In this document: piece by piece, positions 40,513-52,139 of the stretch
Numbering within the stretch: the stretch's first letter is position 1
How the letters are laid out: each line of letters opens with the position of its first letter
The notes under the pieces: model-generated
What the model was told of the DNA's origin: nothing
Databases searched by the model: none
What the model saw: only the letters and a program-made list of their open reading frames with translations
Program-made: the position numbers and the translations under genes
Source: Nitrosopumilaceae archaeon
GTDB taxonomy: Archaea > Thermoproteota > Nitrososphaeria > Nitrososphaerales > Nitrosopumilaceae
Reading direction: 5' to 3'
Length of the DNA stretch: 64,000 nt
NCBI GenBank assembly: GCA_965207375.1
Contig: OZ242274.1
Location: 1,792,001 to 1,856,000, forward strand

Positions 40513-41793
40513 TTAACTTACTATACTGCCGATCAGCGCATGCATGGTGGCATCAATTACCTGTACTGTACGATTTTGGCCGATCTCGATCTTTTCATCA
40601 ACAAAAATTGGCTTGTAGGCAAAGTTTCGGCCCCTTATCCCATCCTCTGTTTTTTCATCAAATAAGACTCTGCCTCTCCAGCCTACCCATCTCTGGTTAT
40701 TTTCCAAAGATATCTGGTTTGCTATATCTGCAATGATTCGACTCCTTCGTTTTACCTCCCCAACATCTACCTGTTTCCAGGTAGCAGCTTCTGTACCCGG
40801 TCTTTGACTATACCTAGAAAGATTCACAATGTCTGGCCTAGTCTCTTCTAAAAGACGCACAGTATCCTCAAAGTCTTGAGCAGTCTCTGTTGGAAAGCCC
40901 ACTATAACATCAGTTGAAACTGTAAATTGTGCAAATCTGTTTCGTATCTTGTGTACAATATCCCTAAATGTTTTCACAGTATGACCCCGCTTCATATCAT
41001 GTAACACCCTGTCGTTTCCTGCCTGGACTGGAACGTGGATGAACTTGTAGACTTTATCATTGCCATATGCATCAATTAAAGATTCTTTAATTCTTGGCAT
41101 GTACATAGGATTCATCATTCCCACTCTAATCATAAAGTCATCACCGATTTGTGCAACCGAATGTATCAGCTCAGGTAAATTCGTTCCAATGTCAAACCCG
41201 TAACAGCCATTATCAGTGGAGGTCAACCAAATTTCCTTGCAACCGTCTTGGATTTCATACCTAACCTGTCGTATGATGTCTCCCAATCTGTAACTTTGTA
41301 AATCCCCTTTGGATAATTTTGTCTGACAAAAAGTACACTCACTCATACATCCACTTGCAATTTCCACAATTCCTACCGCAGAATTTAGTCTGACCTTGGG
41401 CAATCCTAACTTTGATGTGTCTGTATCCTGTAACGCTACTATTTTGTTTCCATCCAATGTGGTGTTTATCACATCAAGGGTTTTTCCTATAGAATTAGGA
41501 CCCATCATACTTGCATTATCTGAGAATCTTTTTACAGTGTCAGGTTCTGCCTTTGGCAGACAGCCTGCAACAACTAGTGGTTTTGATTTCAAGGTCTTGA
41601 TTCTGTGAATCATTTTGTTGGCAGTGGCGTCTTTTACTGAACATGTTACCACCACACTCAAATCAGCATCATCAGGATTTTTGGCAATGCTATGGCCACC
41701 ATGTACGATTAGACCAGAAATCATCTCAGAATCTGCAAAACTAGCAGAACATCCGTATGCTTCTACCCAAATTTTTGCCATAATTTCATCCAA
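40513..41793 (-). CDS. tRNA methylthiotransferase (MiaB-like radical SAM, MtaB type)
   Basis: YGC..S..DSE, TCSVK, AGC, CMSECTFC, C-terminal TRAM domain. Confidence 0.93.
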   Translation of the reverse strand: MDEIMAKIWVEAYGCSASFADSEMISGLIVHGGHSIAKNPDDADLSVVVTCSVKDATANKMIHRIKTLKSKPLVVAGCLPKAEPDTVKRFSDNASMMGPNSIGKTLDVINTTLDGNKIVALQDTDTSKLGLPKVRLNSAVGIVEIASGCMSECTFCQTKLSKGDLQSYRLGDIIRQVRYEIQDGCKEIWLTSTDNGCYGFDIGTNLPELIHSVAQIGDDFMIRVGMMNPMYMPRIKESLIDAYGNDKVYKFIHVPVQAGNDRVLHDMKRGHTVKTFRDIVHKIRNRFAQFTVSTDVIVGFPTETAQDFEDTVRLLEETRPDIVNLSRYSQRPGTEAATWKQVDVGEVKRRSRIIADIANQISLENNQRWVGWRGRVLFDEKTEDGIRGRNFAYKPIFVDEKIEIGQNRTVQVIDATMHALIGSIVS

Positions 41794-43147
41794 ACAGTGA
41801 ATCGATCTCTTTATTGCTCAAGAGTCCCTTTTTAACTACTAGTTCCCTGATTGTCTTTCCGGTTTTTAGTGATTCTTTGAATAATTCTGCTGACTTTAGA
41901 TAGCCTATTTTTGGAGTCAGTAAGGTAACAATGACGGGGCTGTTTTCAATATCGGCTCGAAGTCGTTGTTTGTTTGCAGTCAATCCGTCAATGAGATTTG
42001 TAGAAAATATTGGCAAAAAGTTCTTTAGCATGTCAGTTGACTCTAAAACGCATTTTAGCATTACAGGAAGCATTACATTTAGTTCAAATTGTCCGCCTTG
42101 GGCCGCATGTGCTACGGTGGTATCATTTCCAATAATATCAAAACAGATCATGTTCATGCATTCTGCAAGTGATGGATTTACCTTTCCAGGCATGATTGAA
42201 GAACCTGCATGTACTGCAGGTATTCCAAGCTCTGATAGTCCTGCAACCGGACCTGATGCCATCAACCGTATATCATTTGCAAGTTTGTTAATCTCCAAGG
42301 CCAAGTTTCGCAATGCACCAGATGTGTTTGCAACTGCAAACTTGCTTTGCAATCCATGCTGCATGTCCTTTTCTGGCACTAGTGGAAGTTTTGATATATT
42401 TGCCAATTCAGAAATTGCGATTTTTCTATATCCTTTTGGGGTATTTGCACCTGTACCAACTGCTGTCCCACCTAATGCAACATGGTACAGTTCCTTTTGT
42501 GATGTGGCAAGTGCGTTTTTTGCCTTTGTGATAGATGTTGACAAGGCTGCAAACTCACTGCCAAGCGTAACCGGAAGTGCATCCATAAGATGCGTTCTTC
42601 CTATTTTTTTATAATTTGAGAACTGTTTTGACTTTTTAGTTAATGATTTAATCAAGATATCAATTGCTGCAATTGTCCCCTTCAAATTCATCAAAATTGC
42701 CACATGCATAGAGGTTGGAAATGTATCGTTGCTTGATTGTGACATGTTTACATGATCGTTTGGATGAAGGTGTTCATATGCACCTTTTTTCTTGCGTAAT
42801 GTTTCAAGTGCCACATTTGCAATAACCTCGTTGCAATTCATGTTAAATGCGGTTCCTGCACCAGAGTTTATCGCATCTACTACAAACTGATCAGTGAATT
42901 TTCCAGCTAGTATTTTATCACATGCCTGAATTATTGCCTTTGCCTGCTTTGCACTAATTGCCTTAGTTTTCAGATTTGCTACTGCTGCTGAACGCTTTAT
43001 CATGACAAATGCCCTGATCAGGTTCGGATGTGCCCTGTTTCCGGTTACATGATACTGCTTGACTGCCCTGCCCGTAAATGGCCCATAATACGAGTCTGCA
43101 GGTATTTTTACATCGCCCAAAGAGTCTCTATCGATTCTATGTTTCAT
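41786..43147 (-). CDS. fumC: Class II fumarate hydratase / aspartate ammonia-lyase
   Basis: HPNDHVNMSQSSND, KIGRTHLMDA, GSSIMPGKVNP; start moved to MKHRID; aspA not excluded. Confidence 0.85.
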   Translation of the reverse strand: MKHRIDRDSLGDVKIPADSYYGPFTGRAVKQYHVTGNRAHPNLIRAFVMIKRSAAVANLKTKAISAKQAKAIIQACDKILAGKFTDQFVVDAINSGAGTAFNMNCNEVIANVALETLRKKKGAYEHLHPNDHVNMSQSSNDTFPTSMHVAILMNLKGTIAAIDILIKSLTKKSKQFSNYKKIGRTHLMDALPVTLGSEFAALSTSITKAKNALATSQKELYHVALGGTAVGTGANTPKGYRKIAISELANISKLPLVPEKDMQHGLQSKFAVANTSGALRNLALEINKLANDIRLMASGPVAGLSELGIPAVHAGSSIMPGKVNPSLAECMNMICFDIIGNDTTVAHAAQGGQFELNVMLPVMLKCVLESTDMLKNFLPIFSTNLIDGLTANKQRLRADIENSPVIVTLLTPKIGYLKSAELFKESLKTGKTIRELVVKKGLLSNKEIDSLFG

Positions 43148-43304
43148 AGTTTTGTGTAAATTATACCTGTATTCAATCTTTTTTGATATGACCATACTGA
43201 AACGATACTTTGTCTTTTTTTGCATGATGTAGGTTTTGAGCATATTTTGCTATAGGCACAGTTGAAAGGAATTATTATATAGGCTGAACAAAACTTTTGG
43301 AATA

Positions 43305-44675
43305 ATGAATAAGCGTATTAGCACAATGTTTACCATCGCTGCAATAGCAGTTATGGGAGCAACGCTATTCGGAAGCACATACACACAATCCCAAGTTGGA
43401 GGTTCATCGTTTGACATGGCACAAACTGACGCCGATGCGATGGCCAAAATTCACAACATGGGAGGCTTGGAACTCGTTATGCCTCAAGCATTTGCAGAAA
43501 CCGATTGTGCAATGGATACAACCGGTCGCAATGTCGTCGAGTTAAATCTAACTGGTGAAAGTTCAGAACTACCCATAATGGGTGGCTCAACTTACAGTGC
43601 AATGACATTTAGTGGACAGGTCCCAGGACCAACACTAAGAGTCACGCAAGGTGATGTTGTAAAGATGACACTTACTATTCCAGACGATGAATTCACTCCA
43701 CACGGAAACGACATGCATGCATCTCAAATGTCTGCAGGAAACTTTGGTGCAGTAATGCCTGGAGAATCTGCTACCTATTGCTACATTGCCGAAGTACCTG
43801 GTGTTTACAAATACCACTGCTCCGGTGTTGACATAGCAGCAATGGATCAACACGTTCTCTCAGGAATGTACGGCATTACAATCGTTGACCCACTAGATGG
43901 ATACAAGAAGGTAATGTCTTATGGTACCGCAGTTGAGAATGGACAAGTTGTTTCAGATAGAACATTTCATTCTGCAGACGCGCTAGAGTTCCAGCTACAA
44001 TACAATCAGTTGTACTTGACTGATGCTGGCACATATGATATGGGCAAGATGATGGCACACCAAACAACACAAACAGTTGTCAACGGTATGGCATTAGGCT
44101 ATGTTCCAAATGAGACACATAATGAACTCATATTAGGGGATGCAAACAAGAACATCTTTGTTTTGCAACCATGGAACTCTGCTGACCTGGCTCAATACCA
44201 ATCCCAGTTATTGTTCATAGAAGAAGGACAACATGTCAGATTCTTTGTAGAAAACCAAGGAAATGAACCAGTTTACTGGCACATTGTTGGTGAAATAATT
44301 GACAGAGTTACCCAAGGTAACCGAGTTCAAGCACAAGGAACCGAGACATGGTTGGTAGGTGGTTCACAAAACATGATTGCAGACGTTATCTTTGATAGCC
44401 CTGGAGTCTATGTCGCAGTTAACCACGACTATGCAGCAATATTTTCTGGCGCAGCAACAATCATGGTAGTAGGTGATCCATTCGGATTAAACCCAGTACT
44501 ATTAGAAGCAGGAGCTATCCAAGAGGCAGTTCCATCATATGCTTACGTATTAGGCAACCCAAGCGATGCTATCCCACCAATGGGTAAAAACAGCATTGCT
44601 CATCCAATGATTAACTTACACGGATTATACACTGACGAACGTGCAGCCGAAATTGCAGCAGAATTAGGAATTTAA
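43305..44675 (+). CDS. nirK: Copper-containing nitrite reductase, AOA type
   Basis: Signal peptide; HGNDMH, YHC...HVLSGM, WHIVG, NHDY copper and catalytic residues. Confidence 0.93.
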   Translation: MNKRISTMFTIAAIAVMGATLFGSTYTQSQVGGSSFDMAQTDADAMAKIHNMGGLELVMPQAFAETDCAMDTTGRNVVELNLTGESSELPIMGGSTYSAMTFSGQVPGPTLRVTQGDVVKMTLTIPDDEFTPHGNDMHASQMSAGNFGAVMPGESATYCYIAEVPGVYKYHCSGVDIAAMDQHVLSGMYGITIVDPLDGYKKVMSYGTAVENGQVVSDRTFHSADALEFQLQYNQLYLTDAGTYDMGKMMAHQTTQTVVNGMALGYVPNETHNELILGDANKNIFVLQPWNSADLAQYQSQLLFIEEGQHVRFFVENQGNEPVYWHIVGEIIDRVTQGNRVQAQGTETWLVGGSQNMIADVIFDSPGVYVAVNHDYAAIFSGAATIMVVGDPFGLNPVLLEAGAIQEAVPSYAYVLGNPSDAIPPMGKNSIAHPMINLHGLYTDERAAEIAAELGI

Positions 44676-44737
44676 TCCTATTTTTTCCCTTTTTCTTACT
44701 CATAATAATTATATGCCCAAGCTTTGGGTGATTCGTT

Positions 44738-45670
44738 ATGGGATTTGATGACTCTGTTTTGATTTGTGACGAAGTAGATTCAGTACTAAATAAAATACTC
44801 AAAGACAATGGTCTCAAAGTAAGCTACGAGCCGCAAATAACACACGAGCAAATCAAAGAAAAGATCGAACAGTATAGTATAGTTATAGTTCGTAGTAGAA
44901 CGACACTTACAAAGGAGCTAGTCCAAAAGGCAAATAATTGCAAAATTATTGCACGCGTTGGCGTGGGACTAGACAATATTGATCTTGATGCTGCAAAAGC
45001 AAAAAACATCAGGGTGATAAATGCAGTTGAAGGTGCAATGACTGCAGTTGCAGAACTTGTCCTCGGATTGATGCTGTCATTGGCCCGAAACATTGCTTAT
45101 GCAGACAGAGGTATCCGAGACGGTAAATGGCTCAAAAAAGAGGTAAAGGGCACAGAACTCAAAGGCAAGTATCTTGGAATTGTTGGTGTGGGAAATATCG
45201 GCAAGCGTCTAGGACGGCTTGCAAAAGGACTCAACATGAATATTATCGGATACGATGTCATTCCAATTGATGATGAGTTTGTAAAAGACGTAGGAATGAT
45301 GAAGGCTGATTTAGATACACTATTGCAAAGTTCTGACTATGTATCAATTCATGTCCCGTTACTTGATTCTACCCGTCATTTGATAAATGCTGACAAGATA
45401 AAAATCATGAAAGATACTGCAAAAATTATCAATACCTCACGAGGTGGCGTAATAGATGAGGATGCTTTACATGATGCGCTAAAAAATGGAACGCTTGGCG
45501 GTGCGGCATTAGACGTGTTTGAAAGTGAGCCAGCAATAGGACACAAGCTAACTCAGCTTGACAATGTCATTTTGACCCCGCACATGGGAGCGCAGACAAA
45601 AGAGGCCCAAGCATTGGCAGCCAATGTCATAGGTGAGAAGATAGTTCAGATTCTCAGAGGCGTAATTTAG
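44738..45670 (+). CDS. serA: D-3-phosphoglycerate / 2-hydroxyacid dehydrogenase
   Basis: [39 protein letters not shown]. Confidence 0.88.
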   Translation: MGFDDSVLICDEVDSVLNKILKDNGLKVSYEPQITHEQIKEKIEQYSIVIVRSRTTLTKELVQKANNCKIIARVGVGLDNIDLDAAKAKNIRVINAVEGAMTAVAELVLGLMLSLARNIAYADRGIRDGKWLKKEVKGTELKGKYLGIVGVGNIGKRLGRLAKGLNMNIIGYDVIPIDDEFVKDVGMMKADLDTLLQSSDYVSIHVPLLDSTRHLINADKIKIMKDTAKIINTSRGGVIDEDALHDALKNGTLGGAALDVFESEPAIGHKLTQLDNVILTPHMGAQTKEAQALAANVIGEKIVQILRGVI

Positions 45671-45936
45671 GCAGTTGTTTTTTAGATACCACATATTTCT
45701 TCACTTTGATACATGCCATAATTTCAAAGTCAGATTCTCGGAAAATGTTCACAACATTGCTCTGCAATTACACGTTTTATGACAAGTGCTGTTTAAACCG
45801 ATTTTAAGCACTTGGACAATTTTTGAAACAGGATAGGATCTGCTACAGATATAAAGTAAAAAAGCTTGACTTGTACGTAATGAATAATCGTCAAACTACC
45901 TTTAAGCCTGTTTTGTACAAAATATTTCATAAACAC

Positions 45937-46848
45937 ATGACAAATACAATACCAAATATCAAAGGATTAGGACTGCTGGTAATGGCGTCCTTGCTGCTAG
46001 GTGCAATGCCAGATTTGGCTCTAGCAGAAACCGTACAGGTGCCAATTTCTGGCAATTCTTACGATATAGAGTATGCAGGAACCAACATCACAATTATAGA
46101 TACTGAGGTAGATGAAGATTTTAAATCCCTAATTTTCAGTGTGAATGTATCTGATGATGATGTTTTAAAAGTTACACTTCCTAGAGATGTAATTGATGCC
46201 AAAGACAAGGACGGAAACGATATTGAATTCGTAATACTTGCAGATTTTGATGAACCTGTATCTGTAGAAACTAACAATACGCCTACAAGTAGAACCCTTA
46301 GCATAAATCTTGATGCAGGAGTAGAAGAGGTTGAAATCATTGGAACCGTTCTAGTTCAAGAATCAATAGACGAGGAAATAATTGAGGAACTAGTATTAGA
46401 AGAGGAAATAATTGAGGAACTAGTATTAGAAGAGAAGATATGTCCAGATGAGTATGCACCCATCTGCGGAATGGATAATAAAACGTATGTCAACATGTGT
46501 GAACTTGGCGTAGCAGGTATAGAATTAAAACAGAGTGGAGAGTGCAAAGCAGACGCACCTACAAAGGATGCAGCATGTGGTGAAGGCCTAGTTTTGATAG
46601 ATGATGTTTGTGTAATAGAAGATTTATCTACAAACAATTCTGCATGTGGTGAAGGTCTAGTTTTGATAGATGATGTTTGTGTAATAGAAGAAAGTACCGC
46701 CCCAATACCTGTAGATGCACAACAAAGATCTCTGCCGGAAGGTTCCAAGTTTGAACTAATATATGGTGCAGCAGCAGGATTCATTGTGGCATTTATTGTA
46801 ATAATTATTCTAGCAGCAATGGCTAGAGCAAGTCGCTCAAAAGATTAA
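45937..46848 (+). CDS. Membrane-anchored surface protein with a Kazal-type domain and Cys repeats
   Basis: Signal peptide; CPDEYAPICGMDNKTYVNMCEL...GEC; ACGEGLVLIDDVCVIE x2; EEIIEELVLE x2; C-terminal TM. Confidence 0.88.
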   Translation: MTNTIPNIKGLGLLVMASLLLGAMPDLALAETVQVPISGNSYDIEYAGTNITIIDTEVDEDFKSLIFSVNVSDDDVLKVTLPRDVIDAKDKDGNDIEFVILADFDEPVSVETNNTPTSRTLSINLDAGVEEVEIIGTVLVQESIDEEIIEELVLEEEIIEELVLEEKICPDEYAPICGMDNKTYVNMCELGVAGIELKQSGECKADAPTKDAACGEGLVLIDDVCVIEDLSTNNSACGEGLVLIDDVCVIEESTAPIPVDAQQRSLPEGSKFELIYGAAAGFIVAFIVIIILAAMARASRSKD

Positions 46849-47363
46849 CAGCTATAATGGCCCTGATGGCCATTCATGATTTCAAAAAATTCAGGACCGG
46901 TATACGTATCGGTCACAGAGTAAGGAATCATACCTAACAATACAGTATCTATAGTCGTAATTACCATCATATCTTCAGAGTTTACTCTCATTATTTCATT
47001 GCCTGAAATTTCAGTATCTAGATACATCGATACGATTTGACCTGCAAGACTGGTCATTTTTCCCTTTCCTAAAAGCTCAATTGCAGAATTAGGCTGCACC
47101 GTTGCACCGTGTACATCAAAGCTTCCCACCTCATCACCCTGATAAAATGTTACAATACTCAATCCATTAAATTTTAGAGGAATAAAAGAGGAATTGCACA
47201 CCTCAATTATTCCTCCGTTTAACATTGTAAGATAATCAAAACTTCCCCGCTCATTCCATTTTAGTTCTAATTTTTCTAGCGTGACTGCATTAAATGCCGA
47301 ATATCCCAATGATGCAGCTATGACAATTGATGCGGCAATGACAATTCCTATGTGTTTATCCAT
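46845..47363 (-). CDS. Membrane-anchored hypothetical protein
   Basis: N-terminal TM followed by a beta-rich domain. Confidence 0.8.
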   Translation of the reverse strand: MDKHIGIVIAASIVIAASLGYSAFNAVTLEKLELKWNERGSFDYLTMLNGGIIEVCNSSFIPLKFNGLSIVTFYQGDEVGSFDVHGATVQPNSAIELLGKGKMTSLAGQIVSMYLDTEISGNEIMRVNSEDMMVITTIDTVLLGMIPYSVTDTYTGPEFFEIMNGHQGHYSC

Positions 47364-47984
47364 TTATTTTTCCTCCATGATAACTGCACCTATTTCAATC
47401 ATATACTGTAATGCTTGTACAAATTCGTCATCAGATATGATTCCGTTCTTCCACCATTGAGCATTTGTCTTGTACCATGAAGGTATGCTAACTTGTGTGT
47501 CCTCTGCAATTTTGTTATCTATTTTGATTATGTCATTATCTACTAAACTTTTTAAAAATCCCTTATCGTCAATAACGTGTTCGGACCATAATTCTGCAAC
47601 GTCTTTAATCCAAAACGGAATTACAATAGTTCCAGAATCAACTAGTACAAACTCAGTTGCAGTAGTTTGGCCATCATAGGTTACCTGTATAGTATAGGTC
47701 CCCTCGCGGTACACAAATGGTTCAAACGGGTTAGGAGCAGTCAATGTGGATGTTTGACCGGTAATTGCCATCTGAATAGAGCTGCTTCCCATTCCTGTGT
47801 CGTCTATAATCCTAAATGTTGCAATCTCATTTGTAACCTTTGGTACCGTAACTACAAACGATAAATAATCACCATATACATACACTTGCCTGTCAGTAGA
47901 TACTGCAAACTCTTGTGCAAAAACATATGTTTGTAAAGATATAGCAAACATTACAATCAAGAGTAAAAATAGCTTCACAGTCAA
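47364..47984 (-). CDS. Secreted protein with thaumarchaeal IPxWIK C-terminal domain
   Basis: Signal ...YVFA; IPFWIKDVAELW; IPSWYKTNAQWW...ISDDEFVQALQYMI. Confidence 0.85.
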   Translation of the reverse strand: MTVKLFLLLIVMFAISLQTYVFAQEFAVSTDRQVYVYGDYLSFVVTVPKVTNEIATFRIIDDTGMGSSSIQMAITGQTSTLTAPNPFEPFVYREGTYTIQVTYDGQTTATEFVLVDSGTIVIPFWIKDVAELWSEHVIDDKGFLKSLVDNDIIKIDNKIAEDTQVSIPSWYKTNAQWWKNGIISDDEFVQALQYMIEIGAVIMEEK

Positions 47985-48021
47985 AATTTTTCCCTAGCTA
48001 ATAAAAACCTCCTAGCATTTT

Positions 48022-48294
48022 TTATTTTTTGTCTAGTATGGCAGGCGTAAATTTTGAGAAAAACAATAACGCTGCACCTGTAGTAAATATTGCAATTCCA
48101 AGGTAAAATTCAATTTGAATTCGCTCAAATCTATCTAGTGTGGTCCTGTCAAATAACTGCAATTCATCCGCAGTCATTGCCTGTATGTATATCATTTGTG
48201 GATAGTCATATACTATAATTAACAATCCAAAAAAAGCCACAATCAATCCTACAAAAAAGAGCCGCCCCTCCACAAATATTTTAAAAATAGGCAT
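48022..48294 (-). CDS. Small two-TM membrane protein
   Basis: Two hydrophobic segments. Confidence 0.75.
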   Translation of the reverse strand: MPIFKIFVEGRLFFVGLIVAFFGLLIIVYDYPQMIYIQAMTADELQLFDRTTLDRFERIQIEFYLGIAIFTTGAALLFFSKFTPAILDKK

Positions 48295-48555
48295 AATTTA
48301 TGGCTAGATACAAATCCTGTAGATAGGTACAGCATCATGTCTTGAAAACATCACAGTATACGGAATTAATATTTGAGAAAATTACAAGAAAGCCTTTTAC
48401 ATGAGACATTATTATTTCTAGTATCGAGTTTTCTGCGGAAAGCCTCTTTGAGTAGTTTTCCTACTCAAAGTGGTCTTAATTTATAACAAATTTGATTGTA
48501 GGACTTTTTTTTTCACAAAATAGCATATATTAAGTGGCAATCAATTAGTGCCTAC

Positions 48556-49005
48556 ATGCCTAGTATGCAGGATCAAACGTGGATAAAACTCTGGAAGGAA
48601 AATTCTTTAGATATCAGAGAAAGAGTTGTCGGCTGGCGCAAGCAAAATGCGGCCACTAGAATCGACAAACCAAGTCGAATCCAAAGAGCACGTAGACTAG
48701 GATACAAAGCCAAACAAGGGATTATCGTTGTACGTATGAGAGTAGGTACAGGCGGCATGAGAAAACAAAGACCACGCGGAGGTAGAAGACCCAAGCATCT
48801 AGGAGTTACAAGAATAAAGGCAGACGTTACAATGAAACAGGTAGCAGAAAACAGAACTCTTGAAAAATATCCAAATTTGAAACTTTTAGGTTCTTACTTT
48901 GTTTACAAAGATGGTATGCACTATTGGTTTGAGGTCATCTTGGCAGATCCTTCACATCCCAGAGTTACCAAAGACAAGGAACTTCGTAAACGAGTACTTG
49001 CATAA
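48556..49005 (+). CDS. rpl15e: 50S ribosomal protein L15e
   Basis: ARRLGYKAKQG, RRPK, WFEVILADPSHP. Confidence 0.97.
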   Translation: MPSMQDQTWIKLWKENSLDIRERVVGWRKQNAATRIDKPSRIQRARRLGYKAKQGIIVVRMRVGTGGMRKQRPRGGRRPKHLGVTRIKADVTMKQVAENRTLEKYPNLKLLGSYFVYKDGMHYWFEVILADPSHPRVTKDKELRKRVLA

Positions 49006-49807
49006 ATTGAAGATATTGCTTTTAGTTGCACTGTTGTGTATGATAATGTCGGTTCCAGCTTTTGCCCAACTGTCTGATAAAACAGGACTAAATAGCAGAA
49101 TGTATGTTGATGCAGGAGGTCAAGAGTTTGAAATTTTAACAACTGCCAACTTTCAAGTATCAGATGCAGATTTTGATCTAGTTTCCAAGACTTTGAGATT
49201 AAGTATCATCAGTAGTCTTGAGAATAATTTCGGTGAGATTACAATTCCAAAAACACTTCTCGGAGGCCAATTGAATCTAGTTTTAAATGGAGACAAACAG
49301 TCAGCAAAGATTCGCTCCAATGACAACATATGGTTCATAACTATAGAGTTTAACGGAACAAATACACATACTTTGGAAATAATTGGTACAGAATCTATAT
49401 CTACAAATAATACCAGCAATACAGCAGATGATAACGGGTGTCTTATTGCCACAGCAGCATATGGTTCAGAACTCTCATCACAGGTTCAATTGCTAAGAGA
49501 GATTCGCGATGATATCATACTTGAAACTGAATCAGGCACTGCATTTATGAATTCATTTAACCAATTTTACTATTCATTTTCTCCTACAATAGCTGATTGG
49601 CAAAGACAAAACCACATATTCAAAGAGGCAGTAAAGATGACAATTACACCCCTAGTTAGCTCGCTTGCCATTCTAAATTATGTAGATATTAATTCTGAAT
49701 CTGAGATGTTAGGATATGGAATTGGAATTGTCATGATAAATGCAGGAATGTATTTTGCACCAGTTGTTGGAATTTCGATATTTAGAAAATACATGTCGTT
49801 TCATTAG
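48998..49807 (+). CDS. Surface protein with CFI-box-CTERM-type domain
   Basis: Signal ...VPAFA; GCLIATAAYGSE...LREIRD...FYYSFSP; C-terminal TM; start approximate. Confidence 0.85.
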   Translation: MHKLKILLLVALLCMIMSVPAFAQLSDKTGLNSRMYVDAGGQEFEILTTANFQVSDADFDLVSKTLRLSIISSLENNFGEITIPKTLLGGQLNLVLNGDKQSAKIRSNDNIWFITIEFNGTNTHTLEIIGTESISTNNTSNTADDNGCLIATAAYGSELSSQVQLLREIRDDIILETESGTAFMNSFNQFYYSFSPTIADWQRQNHIFKEAVKMTITPLVSSLAILNYVDINSESEMLGYGIGIVMINAGMYFAPVVGISIFRKYMSFH

Positions 49808-52139
49808 AGAACGTTTTATGATATAAAATGTCAAGTAATAAACGAGTAAAAATACGCCCCATTACAACTAAATCCAAGAATTACAATTAGAATCGTATTG
49901 AACCGTGAGGGTTCGTTTTGTTCTAAATTAAGTATTGAAATTACGAATTGTTTCCATATGGCGATACTTTTTCATCTATTGTTTTTTCACTATAAGGCTG
50001 ACTAGTTTTTCATATTTTTCCATAGTGTTACAAAGTGATGTCTCTATATTTGAGGGGGGATTTTTTATCATGTCCATTAAGATTGATGCAATTCCGGTTT
50101 TATTTAGATGGGAGGAATTTGGATTTAAAAGATTGGTATAATACTTGGCAGTCTTTTGATTTTTTAATTCGTCATTAAAAGTGTCTGGAACAGTAATGTC
50201 TGGATATACACGTTTAAACAAATCATTGTATAATTGAGGATCAATTAAATCTTCAATATCTGCAGCCTGTTTATCAACAACATCAGTAATCTGAATGAAA
50301 TTATTTTCAAATTCCGAATTTCCTATCTTCTTTTGTATAGTTTTTGTTTGGCTCCCACCATCAACAACACATACATATTTCACATCTAGATTCTTGAGTA
50401 TCTTGATCATGTTAGGTGCATTAGATATACCACCCATATCATCTATGGCGTATATATCTTGATGAAGATATTGTCTATCTGTCTGTTTTGCATATTCATT
50501 AAGAGCTGCAATGAATTTGTAGTCGCTTGGCCCTTCAAAAAGAACGGTGATAGGTGCTCCAAAAAGGGAATATTTTGCAGGACTTCCTATGTATTTGCTT
50601 ATCTCAATGCGTGTTGGATCTATTCCACTTGGTTTTATTTCCTTTATGACAGTTCCATCATCTTTAGTTTTTTGTACAAATCGTATTCTATCTAATCTCC
50701 AAGGATCAATCAAAGCTTTTTCATGTGTCGTATAAATGATTTGTAAGTTATTTTTCTCTGCCATCGTGGTCATAAATTTTCTTATATCTTCTTTACCTGC
50801 ATCATGGATTGCAGTTGCGGGACTATCTAACAAAAGTATCTTGGATGAACCAGGAGATGTTGTAAGCAATTTAATTTTAAAGAATAGTGCAAGAACCCAT
50901 TGTAGACCTTCACTACCTTGAGTTACACTAATTCTTTTATCTGAAATTGAATCCCTGATCTGCAAAATTAGATTTTGATCATTTAAATTTATTATAATTT
51001 CATACGGAGTTTGGTTCCAAAACTTTTTGAATTCTTTTGTAAGCGTTTCAGTTGCTTTATCAAAAAAGTTTTGTCGTGTGTGCTGTTCAGCATTACGTAT
51101 GTTGTTGAGGTTATCTTTGGTGAATGCACATATATGACCTATTGCAGAAAAAGTTTCGTACATGTCTTTGTTGTTAAGATAATCATCTAACTGAATGCTG
51201 TCCATGGGAGGTTCAAGTTCTGAAATATATTCTGGTTTAGGTACAACCTGATCATAAACTTGGTGTTTGGGATTATTTTGGTTCTGTGACATTATGTGAT
51301 TGACCTCAGACTCTATTTCCCCCACAATTTGGTTAAAATCAGCACTTAACTTCTCATCATTAGGTATTGCAAATAGATTATTTTTGAAATTCTGTAAAAA
51401 ATCATCACTGCTCATAGGTGTTTTTTTAATACCAGATATGAAATCATCTCGATATTTGAGGAATGGTTCTATGTGATTTTTAATATCTGGTATTCGTGAT
51501 TCGGTGTCTTGAATAATTTTTTGTAAGGAATCTAATCTGTGTTCAATTTCATCAATTTTGACTGTCTGAAGTTGATTGTTAATCATGTCATTGCACACTA
51601 TATCTACTTCCCATCTTCCATCAAAAAATCGCTTTATGTACATTTCAGTGGCCTTTTTATATTGTTCATGTAGTAATGGATAATCGGTTTTATCAGTTTT
51701 AAAATGGGCAACTAGCTGTGGAATTTCATCTGCACGTAAACGGTTGTCTGTAAACTTGTCTAAAGTAGCACTACCTTCAGGTAAATCTCTTTGATTAAAT
51801 CCCATATTATGATTTATTCGTTGCAATAGTTCCAAAATAGAAGTCTTGCCGGATCCTGTTATTCCAACAAGACACGTTACATCGGGTTGGAATTTTATAC
51901 GAGTCTCTATTATTGATTTATAATTATATAATGTTGCTTCTAAAGATTCTCCAGCGTTAATTGTTGGTCAAAGTCACTATGCAAATTTTCTCCGGATTGC
52001 GCGTGCCTAAAATTTCTTCAATTGCAGCATAATTTGCTTTTGTACCGGTAAAAGAGATCAAAAATTTAACCATTTTTTCAAAATTTGTTAACCCACATGA
52101 TCCAAATACACACGACATGTAGTCCCATCGTATTTCGCA

